Below, piece after piece: positions 7,433 through 15,349 of a DNA stretch of 18,425 nt. The notes beneath the pieces were generated by a model. The model made no database searches. It had not been told where the DNA came from and saw only the letters and a list, made by a program, of their open reading frames with translations. The DNA lies in the UHGV virus genome UHGV-2152132; one strand, given 5' to 3'. How positions within the stretch are numbered: the stretch's first letter is position 1; each line of letters starts with the position of its first letter. The DNA is from a virus. The position numbers were made by a program, and so were the translations under genes.

Positions 7433-8065
7433 TCAAAGGCTCTTAATGATTTTCAGTGCGCGGCCTACTACCTCAATGTCATCCAGGCCGCACTCAAACG
7501 ATGAATCATCCTGATGCACTACTAATTTGTTTCCCGGGAGTCGAGTCAATTTAACGATGCTTTTTATCCCGTCGATATCGACTAACCACATACCATTTAC
7601 TGGTGGTGTTTGGTTGCGATCTATTAAATAAGAATCACCAGAAGTAGTCACCAGCAGTAGGTTGCTTGAGTCTGAGGGGAGTATGCTGCTATCAATGATT
7701 GCTTTTCCAGCATCGACCAATAAACCACCGTTGAGAGTCGCCTTGTCAATTTCAGGAGATACTAGTTCAGAAAGAGGTACAACCTTGCTGGAGTTCACGG
7801 AATTGATATTTTTTTTAGGTTCAATGTTTGGACCTGGCTCCCCCTGTCCGGTGGTTAGCCACAGTAAAGAAACTCCTGTTTCCAAGGCGCACTGAATCAC
7901 CCACTCTGCAGGAAAACTATCTCTTAAGTATCTGTTTGCCATGGTGCTTTTTGATGCGCCTAAGTGATCGCAAAGTTGCTGTCTGGACTTGAAATCATAG
8001 GCTGCCATTAGTCTATGGATAGCCTCTCTTCCCCCTGTATTCTCTCCAACCTTTACCTGTATCAT
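7433..8065 (-). CDS. cI: Immunity repressor, 186 CI-like
   Basis: 210 aa. The N-terminal HTH region (QQLCDHLGASKSTMANRYLR...CALETGVSLLWLTTGQGEP) resembles 186 CI as I recall it. It sits upstream of int and divergent from apl. AGGA lies 8-9 nt upstream of the ATG at 8065. Confidence 0.8.
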   Translation of the reverse strand: MIQVKVGENTGGREAIHRLMAAYDFKSRQQLCDHLGASKSTMANRYLRDSFPAEWVIQCALETGVSLLWLTTGQGEPGPNIEPKKNINSVNSSKVVPLSELVSPEIDKATLNGGLLVDAGKAIIDSSILPSDSSNLLLVTTSGDSYLIDRNQTPPVNGMWLVDIDGIKSIVKLTRLPGNKLVVHQDDSSFECGLDDIEVVGRALKIIKSL

Positions 8066-8077
8066 TTTTTAATCCTG

Positions 8078-8106
8078 TTGACGTATCAAATATTGGATCG
8101 TAGTAT
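8078..8106 (+). promoter_or_regulatory. pR-like early lytic promoter (drives apl-cII)
   Basis: TTGACG (8078-8083), exactly 17 nt of spacer, TAGTAT (8101-8106). One copy of the 17-bp repeat fills the spacer and the second copy sits at the predicted start site. Confidence 0.55.
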
Positions 8107-8129
8107 CTCGATGTATCAAATATTGAATC
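8083..8129. promoter_or_regulatory. Two 17-bp direct repeats GTATCAAATATTGRATC, 30 bp apart (candidate CI operators)
   Basis: Copy 1 is at 8083-8099 (GTATCAAATATTGGATC) and copy 2 at 8113-8129 (GTATCAAATATTGAATC), matching 16/17. Each contains a short dyad TCAA-N3-TTGR. They overlap the pR-like promoter. Confidence 0.5.
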
Positions 8130-8131
8130 AA
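8102..8131 (-). promoter_or_regulatory. Possible pL-like lysogenic promoter, face-to-face with pR
   Basis: On the minus strand: TTGATT (8131-8126), 18-nt spacer, GATACT (8107-8102), each 4/6. It would give transcripts convergent and overlapping with pR, as known for P2 Pe/Pc and 186 pR/pL. This call is weak. Confidence 0.3.
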
Positions 8132-8132
8132 G

Positions 8133-8160
8133 TAAAACGAGATAAAACGACGTAAACCAA
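8133..8160 (+). promoter_or_regulatory. Three 10-bp-phased direct repeats TAAAACGA / TAAAACGA / TAAACCAA (candidate Apl/Cox boxes)
   Basis: Copies at 8133-8140, 8143-8150 and 8153-8160, between the pR start and the apl RBS. They resemble the P2 Cox-box style TTAAAGNCA, which is arranged as helically phased direct repeats. Confidence 0.4.
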
Positions 8161-8184
8161 ACCTTAATCGGGAGATACTGCACT

Positions 8185-8427
8185 ATGAGCACTGATATTT
8201 CAATTCGTGTACCAAAAGAGATGGCTACGCCTGCAGAGTTCGCGGAATGGGAAGGTATCTCCCGCGGCTCCGTGTATCAAAAAATTCACCATGGTCAGCT
8301 TGCTAAATACATGGTCAAGAAAGAAAAAAACAAAGGCCGCGTAAGCCTGCGTTATTTAATGTACAAAACCGATCAGGTCCGTGAATCCCTCGGTCATTCC
8401 AACTTCCGCGTCATTGTTGGTAAGTAA
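8185..8427 (+). CDS. apl: Apl/Cox-like excisionase and transcriptional regulator
   Basis: 80 aa. It is the first gene of the rightward operon, divergent from cI. The C-terminal ESLGHSNFRVIVGK resembles the 186 Apl C-terminus (LGHSRFQLVIGA as I recall). GGGAG lies 9 nt upstream of the ATG. Confidence 0.7.
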   Translation: MSTDISIRVPKEMATPAEFAEWEGISRGSVYQKIHHGQLAKYMVKKEKNKGRVSLRYLMYKTDQVRESLGHSNFRVIVGK

Positions 8428-8459
8428 GTTCAATTATGAGAACTTTCTAAGGGGGTAGC

Positions 8460-8855
8460 ATGTTTGATTATAAGATTTCCAAACACCCGCATTTTGATGA
8501 AGCCTGTAGAGCTTTTGCACTTCGTCACAATATGGCGAAGCTGGCAGAACGTGCAGGAATGAATGTCCAGACTCTGCGAAACAAACTCAACCCAGATCAA
8601 CCGCATCAGCTCAATGCGCCAGATATCTGGCTACTTACCGATCTGACGGAAGATTCAACGCTGGTAGACGGTTTTCTGGCACAGATTCACTGCCTGCCAT
8701 GTGTACCGATTAATGAGGTGGCAAAAGAGAAACTGCCACATTACGTCATGAGTGCAACCGCAGAGATCGGGCGTGTTGCTGCAGGTGCGGTATCCGTTCC
8801 GACGTTCCTCGTTGCCGCTTCTCCCAAACCAACGTTTAAGAAAATGCAGAGGTAA
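8460..8855 (+). pseudogene. cII: cII (186-type) truncated at about codon 112 and fused to foreign sequence
   Basis: Residues 1-112 (MFDYKISKHPHFDEACRAFALRHNMAKLAERAGMNVQTLRNKLNP...GAVS) track 186 CII as I recall it (169 aa). The remaining 19 aa (VPTFLVAASPKPTFKKMQR) read through antisense tail-fibre sequence and the invertase crossover site. Confidence 0.7.
8819..8844. promoter_or_regulatory. Hin/Gin/Cin/Pin-type 26-bp crossover site (invertase-proximal, orphan)
   Basis: TTCTCCCAAACC AA CGTTTAAGAAAA compares with hixL TTCTTGAAAACC AA GGTTTTTGATAA. There are two imperfect inverted 12-bp half-sites around an AA core, 55 bp upstream of the invertase ATG. No second inverted copy was found in the window. 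Confidence 0.7.
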
Positions 8856-8899
8856 CAGCTAACTGGCATCATCTCCGGTTTTTATTCAGGGGGATGATC

Positions 8900-9466
8900 A
8901 TGCTTATTGGCTATGTACGCGTGTCAACAAATGACCAGAACACCGATTTGCAACGTAATGCACTGAACTGCGCGGGATGTGAGCAGATTTTTGAGGACAA
9001 AATCAGTGGCACTAAGTCCGACAGACCGGGGCTGAAAAAACTACTCAGGACACTATCGGCAGGAGACACGCTGGTTGTCTGGAAGCTGGACAGGTTGGGG
9101 CGCAGTATGCGGCATCTTGTTACGCTGATAGAAGAGTTGCGCCAGCGTGGTGTGAATTTCAGAAGCCTGACTGACAGTATTGATACCAGTACCCCAATGG
9201 GCCGTTTCTTTTTTCATGTCATGGGTGCCCTGGCTGAAATGGAACGCGAACTGATAGTTGAACGTACCAGGGCAGGGCTGGCTGCAGCTCGTGCCAAAGG
9301 CAGAGTAGGTGGACGCCGTCCTAAGTTGACCACCGAACAGTGGGCACAGATTGGGCGTTTACTCGAGGCCGGAGAATCAAGACAGCGTATTGCACTGATT
9401 TTTGATGTAGGCGTTTCTACCATTTATAGAAAATTTCCGGCAAATAAGATCAATGAATCCCCCTGA
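8900..9466 (+). CDS. Site-specific DNA invertase, Hin/Gin/Cin/Pin family (small serine recombinase)
   Basis: MLIGYVRVSTNDQNTDLQRNAL...DTLVVWKLDRLGRS...MGRFFFHVMGALAEMERELIVERT...GVSTIYRKFP is near-collinear with Pin/Hin. I prefer the start at 8900 (family N-terminus, GGGGG 6-7 nt upstream). The track ORF starts at 8894. Confidence 0.92.
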   Translation: MLIGYVRVSTNDQNTDLQRNALNCAGCEQIFEDKISGTKSDRPGLKKLLRTLSAGDTLVVWKLDRLGRSMRHLVTLIEELRQRGVNFRSLTDSIDTSTPMGRFFFHVMGALAEMERELIVERTRAGLAAARAKGRVGGRRPKLTTEQWAQIGRLLEAGESRQRIALIFDVGVSTIYRKFPANKINESP

Positions 9467-9514
9467 ATCAGCATTATGTTGATTATCCCTGCAAGCAGAC
9501 AAATACCGTTATTT

Positions 9515-9572
9515 TGTGTGAATAACGACACAACTGCGCTTAGCTGTTTGTCAGGCACAATCACTTCAACAT
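9515..9572 (+). promoter_or_regulatory. PF-like Ogr-dependent late promoter
   Basis: TGT-N12-ACA dyad at 9515-9532 (TGTgtgaataacgacACA), the activator-binding element of P2-family late promoters, which is centred near -55. A candidate -10 CAACAT at 9567-9572 puts the start about 55 bp from the dyad centre and about 30 nt upstream of the FI ATG. Confidence 0.5.
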
Positions 9573-9608
9573 AGGGCGAAGCCTAATCCAATCAGGAGGT
9601 TCGCCACT

Positions 9609-10781
9609 ATGGCTCAGGATTACCACCACGGGGTGCGCGTTGTTGAAGTCAACGAAGGCACCCGATCTATTACCACGGTGAGCACCGCCATCGTGGGTAT
9701 GGTCTGCACGGGCGATGATGCCGATGCAAAAATGTTTCCTCTTAATAAACCCGTGCTGATCACTGATGTGCTGACTGCCAGCGGTAAAGCGGGTGAGTCA
9801 GGTACTCTGGCCCGTTCGCTGGATGCCATCGCTGACCAGGCAAAACCCGTGACCATTGTTGTGCGTGTGCCGCAGGGTGAAACGGAAGACGAAACCACGA
9901 CCAATATCATCGGCGCAGTGACTGCTGAAGGTAAAAAAACAGGTATGAAAGCCCTGTTATCTGCCCAGTCACAGCTCGGCGTTAAACCGCGCATTCTCGG
10001 CGTGCCAGGCCACGACACCAAGGCGGTAGCTACTGAGTTGCTGAGCGTGGCGCAAAGCCTGCGTGGATTTGCTTACCTGTCAGCGTATGGCTGCAAGACA
10101 GTGCAGGAGGCGATCACTTACCGCGAAAACTTCAGCCAGCGCGAAGGGATGCTGATCTGGCCTGACTTTACTGGCTGGGACACGGTGCTGAATGCCGAAG
10201 CAACGGCATATGCCACCGCCCGTGCGCTTGGTCTGCGCGCCAAAATTGACGAGCAGACCGGATGGCACAAAAGCCTGTCCAACGTGGGCGTGAACGGTGT
10301 CACCGGAATTTCTGCAGATGTGTTCTGGGATCTGCAGGACCCGGCAACCGATGCAGGTCTGCTGAACCAGAACGACGTCACCACGCTTGTGCGTAAAGAC
10401 GGTTTCCGCTTCTGGGGTTCCCGCTGCCTGAGTGATGACCCGCTCTTTGCCTTCGAAAACTACACCCGCACGGCGCAGGTGCTGATGGACACGATGGCAG
10501 AAGCACACATGTGGGCGGTGGATAAACCGCTTAACCCGTCGCTGGCCCGCGACATTATCGAAGGTATCCGCGCCAAAATGCGCAGCCTGGTCAGTCAGGG
10601 CTATCTCATTGGTGGTGATTGCTGGCTGGATGAGTCGGTGAACGACAAAGACACGCTGAAAGCCGGAAAACTCACCATCGACTACGACTACACGCCAGTG
10701 CCGCCACTTGAAAACCTGATGCTGCGTCAGCGCATCACCGATCAGTACCTGGTGAATTTCGCCAGCCAGGTCAGCGCGTAA
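9609..10781 (+). CDS. FI: Contractile tail sheath protein (P2 gpFI)
   Basis: 390 aa. [54 protein letters not shown] matches the P2 FI N-terminus as recalled. AGGAGG RBS. Confidence 0.93.
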   Translation: MAQDYHHGVRVVEVNEGTRSITTVSTAIVGMVCTGDDADAKMFPLNKPVLITDVLTASGKAGESGTLARSLDAIADQAKPVTIVVRVPQGETEDETTTNIIGAVTAEGKKTGMKALLSAQSQLGVKPRILGVPGHDTKAVATELLSVAQSLRGFAYLSAYGCKTVQEAITYRENFSQREGMLIWPDFTGWDTVLNAEATAYATARALGLRAKIDEQTGWHKSLSNVGVNGVTGISADVFWDLQDPATDAGLLNQNDVTTLVRKDGFRFWGSRCLSDDPLFAFENYTRTAQVLMDTMAEAHMWAVDKPLNPSLARDIIEGIRAKMRSLVSQGYLIGGDCWLDESVNDKDTLKAGKLTIDYDYTPVPPLENLMLRQRITDQYLVNFASQVSA

Positions 10782-10790
10782 GGGGACAAC

Positions 10791-11306
10791 ATGGCTTTAC
10801 CACGCAAATTAAAACACCTGAACCTGTTTAACGACGGGAACAACTGGCAGGGGATCGTTGAATCGCTGACGCTGCCGAAATTTACCCGCAAATATGAGAA
10901 GTATCGCGGCGGCGGAATGCCGGGTGCGGTGGATGTGGATCTGGGGCTTGATGACAGTGCGCTGGACACAGAATTTTCCATTGGTGGTACTGAATTGCTG
11001 CTGTTTAAACAGATGGGTAAAGCCACGGTGGATGGCATCCAGCTGCGCTTTACCGGCTCTATTCAGCGTGACGATACCGGGGAAGTGCAGGCCGTGGAGC
11101 TTGTCGTGCGTGGACGTCACAAAGAAGTGGATTCCGGCGAGTGGAAGACGGGCGAAAGCAACACCACCAAAGTGACCAGTACCAACAGCTACGCGAAGCT
11201 GACCATCAATGGTGAGGTGCTCTATGAAGTGGACCTTATCAACATGGTGGAAATTGTGGACGGTGTGGACCTGATGGAAGCGCACCGCAACGCCCTCGGC
11301 CTCTGA
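10791..11306 (+). CDS. FII: Tail tube protein (P2 gpFII)
   Basis: 171 aa. MALPRKLKHLNLFNDG...LPKFTRKYEKYRGGGMPGAVDVDLGLDD parallels P2 FII. AAGGGG RBS. Confidence 0.92.
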   Translation: MALPRKLKHLNLFNDGNNWQGIVESLTLPKFTRKYEKYRGGGMPGAVDVDLGLDDSALDTEFSIGGTELLLFKQMGKATVDGIQLRFTGSIQRDDTGEVQAVELVVRGRHKEVDSGEWKTGESNTTKVTSTNSYAKLTINGEVLYEVDLINMVEIVDGVDLMEAHRNALGL

Positions 11307-11360
11307 TATATCTGAACGGCGCGGGATACCGCGCCAGAACCCAATTGACAGGACAGCAAA

Positions 11361-11663
11361 ATGAGCGATAAGCAGACTGAAAAGACCATTCAACTGGATA
11401 CCCCCATCAAGCGCGGTAAAACAGAAATCACCGAAATTGTGCTGCGTAAACCGCAGTCCGGTGCGCTGCGCGGTACACGCCTGCAGGCCATTATGGATAT
11501 GGATGTAAACGCGATGATGACCGTGATCCCCCGCATCTCCAGTCCGGCACTGACTGCACAGGAAATTGCAGAGATGGACCCGGCAGATCTCACTGCCATG
11601 TCGGTTGAGGTTGTCACTTTTTTGTTGAAGAAGTCGGTGCTTGCCGGTTTACCGACAGCCTGA
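11361..11663 (+). CDS. E: Tail assembly chaperone gpE (zero-frame product)
   Basis: 100 aa, positioned between FII and T. Contains the conserved slippery T TTT TTG. Confidence 0.85.
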   Translation: MSDKQTEKTIQLDTPIKRGKTEITEIVLRKPQSGALRGTRLQAIMDMDVNAMMTVIPRISSPALTAQEIAEMDPADLTAMSVEVVTFLLKKSVLAGLPTA

Positions 11664-11797
11664 CGGTTGACGATCTGGTGGCAGATATCGCCACCATTTT
11701 TCACTGGCCGCCATCCGTTACTGACGTTATGCCGCTGACCGAAGTGCTGGAATGGCGGTATAAAGCGATTCAGAGAAGCGGGGCCAACGATGAGTGA
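11361..11797 (+). CDS. E+E': Tail assembly chaperone gpE+E' (programmed -1 frameshift product)
   Basis: A -1 slip at 11618-11624 continues as VEEVGACRFTDSLTVDDLVADIATIFHWPPSVTDVMPLTEVLEWRYKAIQRSGANDE, ending at TGA 11795-11797. ADIATIFHWPP...RSG matches the P2 E' tail as recalled. The total is about 145 aa. Confidence 0.8.
11618..11624 (+). other. Slippery heptamer T TTT TTG for the E/E+E' -1 frameshift
   Basis: I checked the frame by hand. 11618 is the third position of codon T86, then TTT (F87) and TTG (L88). The -1 frame stays open for 57 codons. Confidence 0.8.
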
Positions 11798-14700
11798 TAA
11801 CAACCTGCGTCTGCAGGTCATTCTTAATGCGGTTGACAAGCTCACCCGCCCATTTCGATCTGCGCAGGCCAGTTCAAGAGAACTGGCTGCTGCTGTCAAA
11901 AAATCCCGCGATGCAATAAAGCAGCTTGATCAGGCCGGGAGCAGTCTGGACAGCTTCCGAAAGCTGCAGGCAGAAAATCAGAAATTAGGCGACAGGCTGA
12001 ACTATGCCCGCCAGCGTGCAAATTTGCTCAGTCAGGAACTGGGAGCGATGGGGCCGCCTTCGCAACGTCAGGTTGTTGCTCTGGGCCGTCAACGGCTGGC
12101 TGTTCAGCGCCTGGAAGAACGCCAGAAAAAGCTGCAGCAGCAGACGGCGCTTGTGCGTGCTGAACTGTACCGGGCGGGAATTTCTGCGAAAGACGATGCG
12201 GGAGCAACTGCCCGTTTAGCCCGTGAAACATCACGTTATAACCAGGAACTTTCGAAACAGGAGGCGCGGCTGAAGCGACTGGGGGAAGCTCAGCGCAGGA
12301 TGAATGCAGCGCGTGCCAGTTATGCCCGTTCGCTGGAGGTGCGTGATCGTATTGCAGGTGCCGGAGCCACCACCACGGCTGCAGGGCTGGCAATGGGTGC
12401 GCCAGTGATGGCGGCAGTAAAAAGCTATACCAGCATGGAAGATGCCATGAAAGGTGTGGCAAAGCAGGTCAATGGTCTGCGTGACGATAATGGCAACCGC
12501 ACTGCACGTTTTTATGAAATGCAGGATGCCATCAAGGCTGCCAGCGAACAGTTGCCGATGGAAAACGGTGCGGTGGACTTCGCTGCACTGGTTGAAGGTG
12601 GTGCGCGCATGAACGTCGCAAACCCTGACGACAGCTGGGAAGATCAGAAACGTGACCTGCTGGCCTTCGCCAGTACGGCAGCAAAGGCGGCAACAGCCTT
12701 TGAGCTGCCAGCGGATGAACTGTCAGAAAGTCTGGGGAAAATCGCCCAGCTCTACAAAATCCCCACCCGCAATATTGAACAGCTCGGTGATGCGCTGAAC
12801 TATCTGGATGATAACGCCATGTCGAAAGGGGCAGACATCATTGATGTGATGCAACGTCTGGGCGGTGTGGCTGACCGTCTGGATTATCGTAAAGCGGCGG
12901 CGCTGGGTTCCACCTTCCTGACACTGGGCGCTGCGCCAGAGGTTGCAGCCAGTGCAGCAAACGCGATGGTGCGTGAATTGTCCATTGCCACCATGCAAAG
13001 CAAGAGTTTCTTTGAAGGGATGAATCTGCTGAAACTCAATCCTGAAGTGATTGAAAAGCAGATGACGAAGGATGCGATGGGAACCATCCAGCGCGTGCTG
13101 GAGAAGGTAAACGCGCTGCCGCAGGACAAGCGCCTGTCTGCCATGACTATGTTGTTTGGTAAAGAGTTTGGCGATGACGCGGCGAAACTGGCAAACAACC
13201 TGCCGGAACTGCAGCGTCAGTTAAAACTGACAGCGGGCAATGATGCGCTTGGCTCCATGCAAAAAGAATCCGACATTAACAAGGATTCACTTTCTGCGCA
13301 GTGGTTGCTGGTCAAAACCGGAGCGCAGAACACCTTCAGCAGCCTGGGCGAAACGCTGCGCCAGCCGCTGATGGATATTCTGTACACGGTGAAAAGCGTC
13401 ACGGGGGCGTTGCGTCGCTGGGTGGAAGCTAACCCGGAACTGACAGGCACACTGATGAAAGCATCGGCTGTTGTGGCTGCGGTTACCGTCGGCCTCGGCA
13501 CCTTAGCGGTGGCGCTGGCTGCAGTGCTGGGGCCGCTGGCAGTGATCCGTCTGGGATTCTCTGTGTTGGGTATCAAAACGTTATCTTCCGTTACGGCAGC
13601 AGTAACTCGAACCAGCAGCGCGTTGTCCTGGCTGGCTGGCGCACCACTGGCACTGCTGCGACGCGGGCTTGCTTCATCGGGCAACGCCGCAGGTTTACTT
13701 ACTGCGCCGTTGTCGTCTTTGCGCCGCACGGCATCACTGACGGGAAATGTCCTGAAAACTGTAGCAGGTGCGCCGGTTGCACTTTTGCGGTCTGGATTAT
13801 CCGGTTTACGTGCTGTTGCTGTGATGTTTATGAATCCTCTGGCGGTACTGCGCGGTGGACTGGCCGCCGCAGGCACGGTGCTGCGAGTACTGGCATCTGG
13901 TCCACTGGCGATGCTGCGCGTTGCCCTGTATGCCATATCTGGTCTGTTAGGTGCTCTGCTCAGTCCGATAGGTCTTGTGGTTACTGCACTGGCGGGCGTG
14001 GCGCTGGTTGTCTGGAAATACTGGCAACCCATCACCGCATTTCTCGGTGGCGTGGTGGAAGGATTCAAAGCGGCGGCAGGTCCCATCAGTGCAGCGTTCG
14101 AACCGCTTAAGCCCGTGTTCCAGTGGATTGGCGACAAAGTGCAGGCGCTGTGGGGCTGGTTTACTGATCTGCTGACGCCCGTTAAGTCGACCTCTGCCGA
14201 ACTGCAGAGCGCAGCGGCAATGGGGCGGCGATTCGGGGAGGCACTGGCGGAAGGGCTGAATATGGTCATGCATCCGCTGGACTCCCTGAAATCCGGCGTT
14301 TCCTGGTTGCTGGAGAAGCTCGGCATTGTCAGTAAAGAGGCCGCAAAGGCAAAACTGCCGGAAAGCGTGACGCGTCAGCAACCTGCGACGGTGAATGCAG
14401 ACGGTAAAGTGATGATGCCATCGGGTGGTTTTCCATCATGGGGATATGGCTTTGCGGGGATGTATGACAGCGGCGGGTATATCCCGCGCGGGCAGTTTGG
14501 CATCGTCGGTGAAAACGGGCCGGAAATTGTTAACGGCCCGGCAAATGTGACCAGCCGGAGAAATACAGCTGCACTGGCTGCCGTTGTTGCCGGAATGATG
14601 GGCGTTGCTGCCGCGCCAGCAGAGCTTCCACCGTTGCACCCCTTGGCACTTCCCGCGAAAGGTGGAGAAGCAATTGTGAGTCGCGCAGCCACTGTGCCAC

Positions 14701-14867
14701 TCGTTCAACGGATTGAGGCACCGACGCAGATCATCATTCAGACGCAGCCAGGACAAAGTGCGCAGGATATTGCGCGGGAGGTGGCACGCCAGCTTGATGA
14801 ACGTGAACGCAGGCTGAAGGCAAAAGCCAGGAGTAACTACAGCGATCAGGGGGGATACGACGCATGA
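11790..14867 (+). CDS. T: Tail tape measure protein (P2 gpT-like)
   Basis: 1025 aa. It has a coiled-coil-like N-terminus, a central hydrophobic repeat block and a Gly-rich C-terminus. It lies directly after E/E', and its ATG overlaps the E' stop (gATGAGTGA). Confidence 0.9.
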   Translation: MSDNNLRLQVILNAVDKLTRPFRSAQASSRELAAAVKKSRDAIKQLDQAGSSLDSFRKLQAENQKLGDRLNYARQRANLLSQELGAMGPPSQRQVVALGRQRLAVQRLEERQKKLQQQTALVRAELYRAGISAKDDAGATARLARETSRYNQELSKQEARLKRLGEAQRRMNAARASYARSLEVRDRIAGAGATTTAAGLAMGAPVMAAVKSYTSMEDAMKGVAKQVNGLRDDNGNRTARFYEMQDAIKAASEQLPMENGAVDFAALVEGGARMNVANPDDSWEDQKRDLLAFASTAAKAATAFELPADELSESLGKIAQLYKIPTRNIEQLGDALNYLDDNAMSKGADIIDVMQRLGGVADRLDYRKAAALGSTFLTLGAAPEVAASAANAMVRELSIATMQSKSFFEGMNLLKLNPEVIEKQMTKDAMGTIQRVLEKVNALPQDKRLSAMTMLFGKEFGDDAAKLANNLPELQRQLKLTAGNDALGSMQKESDINKDSLSAQWLLVKTGAQNTFSSLGETLRQPLMDILYTVKSVTGALRRWVEANPELTGTLMKASAVVAAVTVGLGTLAVALAAVLGPLAVIRLGFSVLGIKTLSSVTAAVTRTSSALSWLAGAPLALLRRGLASSGNAAGLLTAPLSSLRRTASLTGNVLKTVAGAPVALLRSGLSGLRAVAVMFMNPLAVLRGGLAAAGTVLRVLASGPLAMLRVALYAISGLLGALLSPIGLVVTALAGVALVVWKYWQPITAFLGGVVEGFKAAAGPISAAFEPLKPVFQWIGDKVQALWGWFTDLLTPVKSTSAELQSAAAMGRRFGEALAEGLNMVMHPLDSLKSGVSWLLEKLGIVSKEAAKAKLPESVTRQQPATVNADGKVMMPSGGFPSWGYGFAGMYDSGGYIPRGQFGIVGENGPEIVNGPANVTSRRNTAALAAVVAGMMGVAAAPAELPPLHPLALPAKGGEAIVSRAATVPLVQRIEAPTQIIIQTQPGQSAQDIAREVARQLDERERRLKAKARSNYSDQGGYDA

Positions 14868-15349
14868 TGATGGTGCTGGGATTGTACGTGTTTATGCTGC
14901 GCACCGTTCCGTATCAGGAACTGCAGTATCAACGCAGCTGGCGACATGCGGCAAACAGTCGGGTAAACCGACGTCCGTCCACGCAGTTTCTGGGACCGGA
15001 AAACGACATGCTGACGCTTTCCGGTGTTCTTATGCCGGAAATAACAGGCGGCAGGCTGTCGTTGCTGGCACTGGAGCAGATGGCAGAACAGGGGAAAGCA
15101 TGGCCCCTGATTGAAGGCAGCGGCACGATTTACGGCATGTATGTGATTGAGGGACTGAATCAGACTAAAACGGAGTTTTTCCGCGACGGTATGCCGCGCC
15201 GGATTGAGTTCACCCTGTCGCTCAAACGAGTGGATGAATCCCTGTCCGATATGTTCGGTGATCTCAGTGCGCAACTGAATAATCTGCAGGACACGGCAAC
15301 GTCTGCCTTAAGCGATATCAGTAAAACGGTGGGAGGGCTGCTGTCGTGA
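14864..15349 (+). CDS. U: Tail protein gpU
   Basis: 161 aa. MMMVLGLYVFMLRTVPYQ...LSGVLMPEITGG...AWPLIEGSGTIYGMYVIEGL...RRIEFTLSLKRVDE parallels P2 gpU. ATGA overlap with the T stop. Confidence 0.9.
   Translation: MMMVLGLYVFMLRTVPYQELQYQRSWRHAANSRVNRRPSTQFLGPENDMLTLSGVLMPEITGGRLSLLALEQMAEQGKAWPLIEGSGTIYGMYVIEGLNQTKTEFFRDGMPRRIEFTLSLKRVDESLSDMFGDLSAQLNNLQDTATSALSDISKTVGGLLS

Noticed and set aside
8148-8173. hix-like pseudo-site (cgtAAACCAAaCCTTAAtcg) in the cI-apl intergenic region
   Set aside because: Only one half-site plus the AA core resembles the crossover site at 8819-8844. The other half is poor. The same bases are better explained as the third TAAAMCRA box, and the deletion junction does not map here.
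11318-11335. GC hairpin GGCGCG-ggatac-CGCGCC between FII and E as a terminator
   Set aside because: No T-tract follows it. At most it is a partial attenuator or an mRNA stability element, and it cannot be supported as a terminator from sequence alone.
9620-11899. Minus-strand ORFs 9620-10021, 10080-10508, 10118-10384, 10742-11038, 10809-11393, 11390-11899 and plus-strand ORF 10894-11175
   Set aside because: They are antisense to, or out of frame with, the confidently identified FI, FII and E genes. The products are Arg/Ser/Pro/Val-rich, as is typical of wrong-frame translation.
13217-14326. 369-aa minus-strand ORF (plus 13947-14381, 12028-12462, 12723-13198, 14375-14756) antisense to the tape measure gene
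   Set aside because: These are shadow ORFs in GC-rich coding DNA. Their translations are low-complexity Ala/Ser/Pro/Arg-rich, they have no RBS context, and they lie fully inside a well-supported plus-strand gene.
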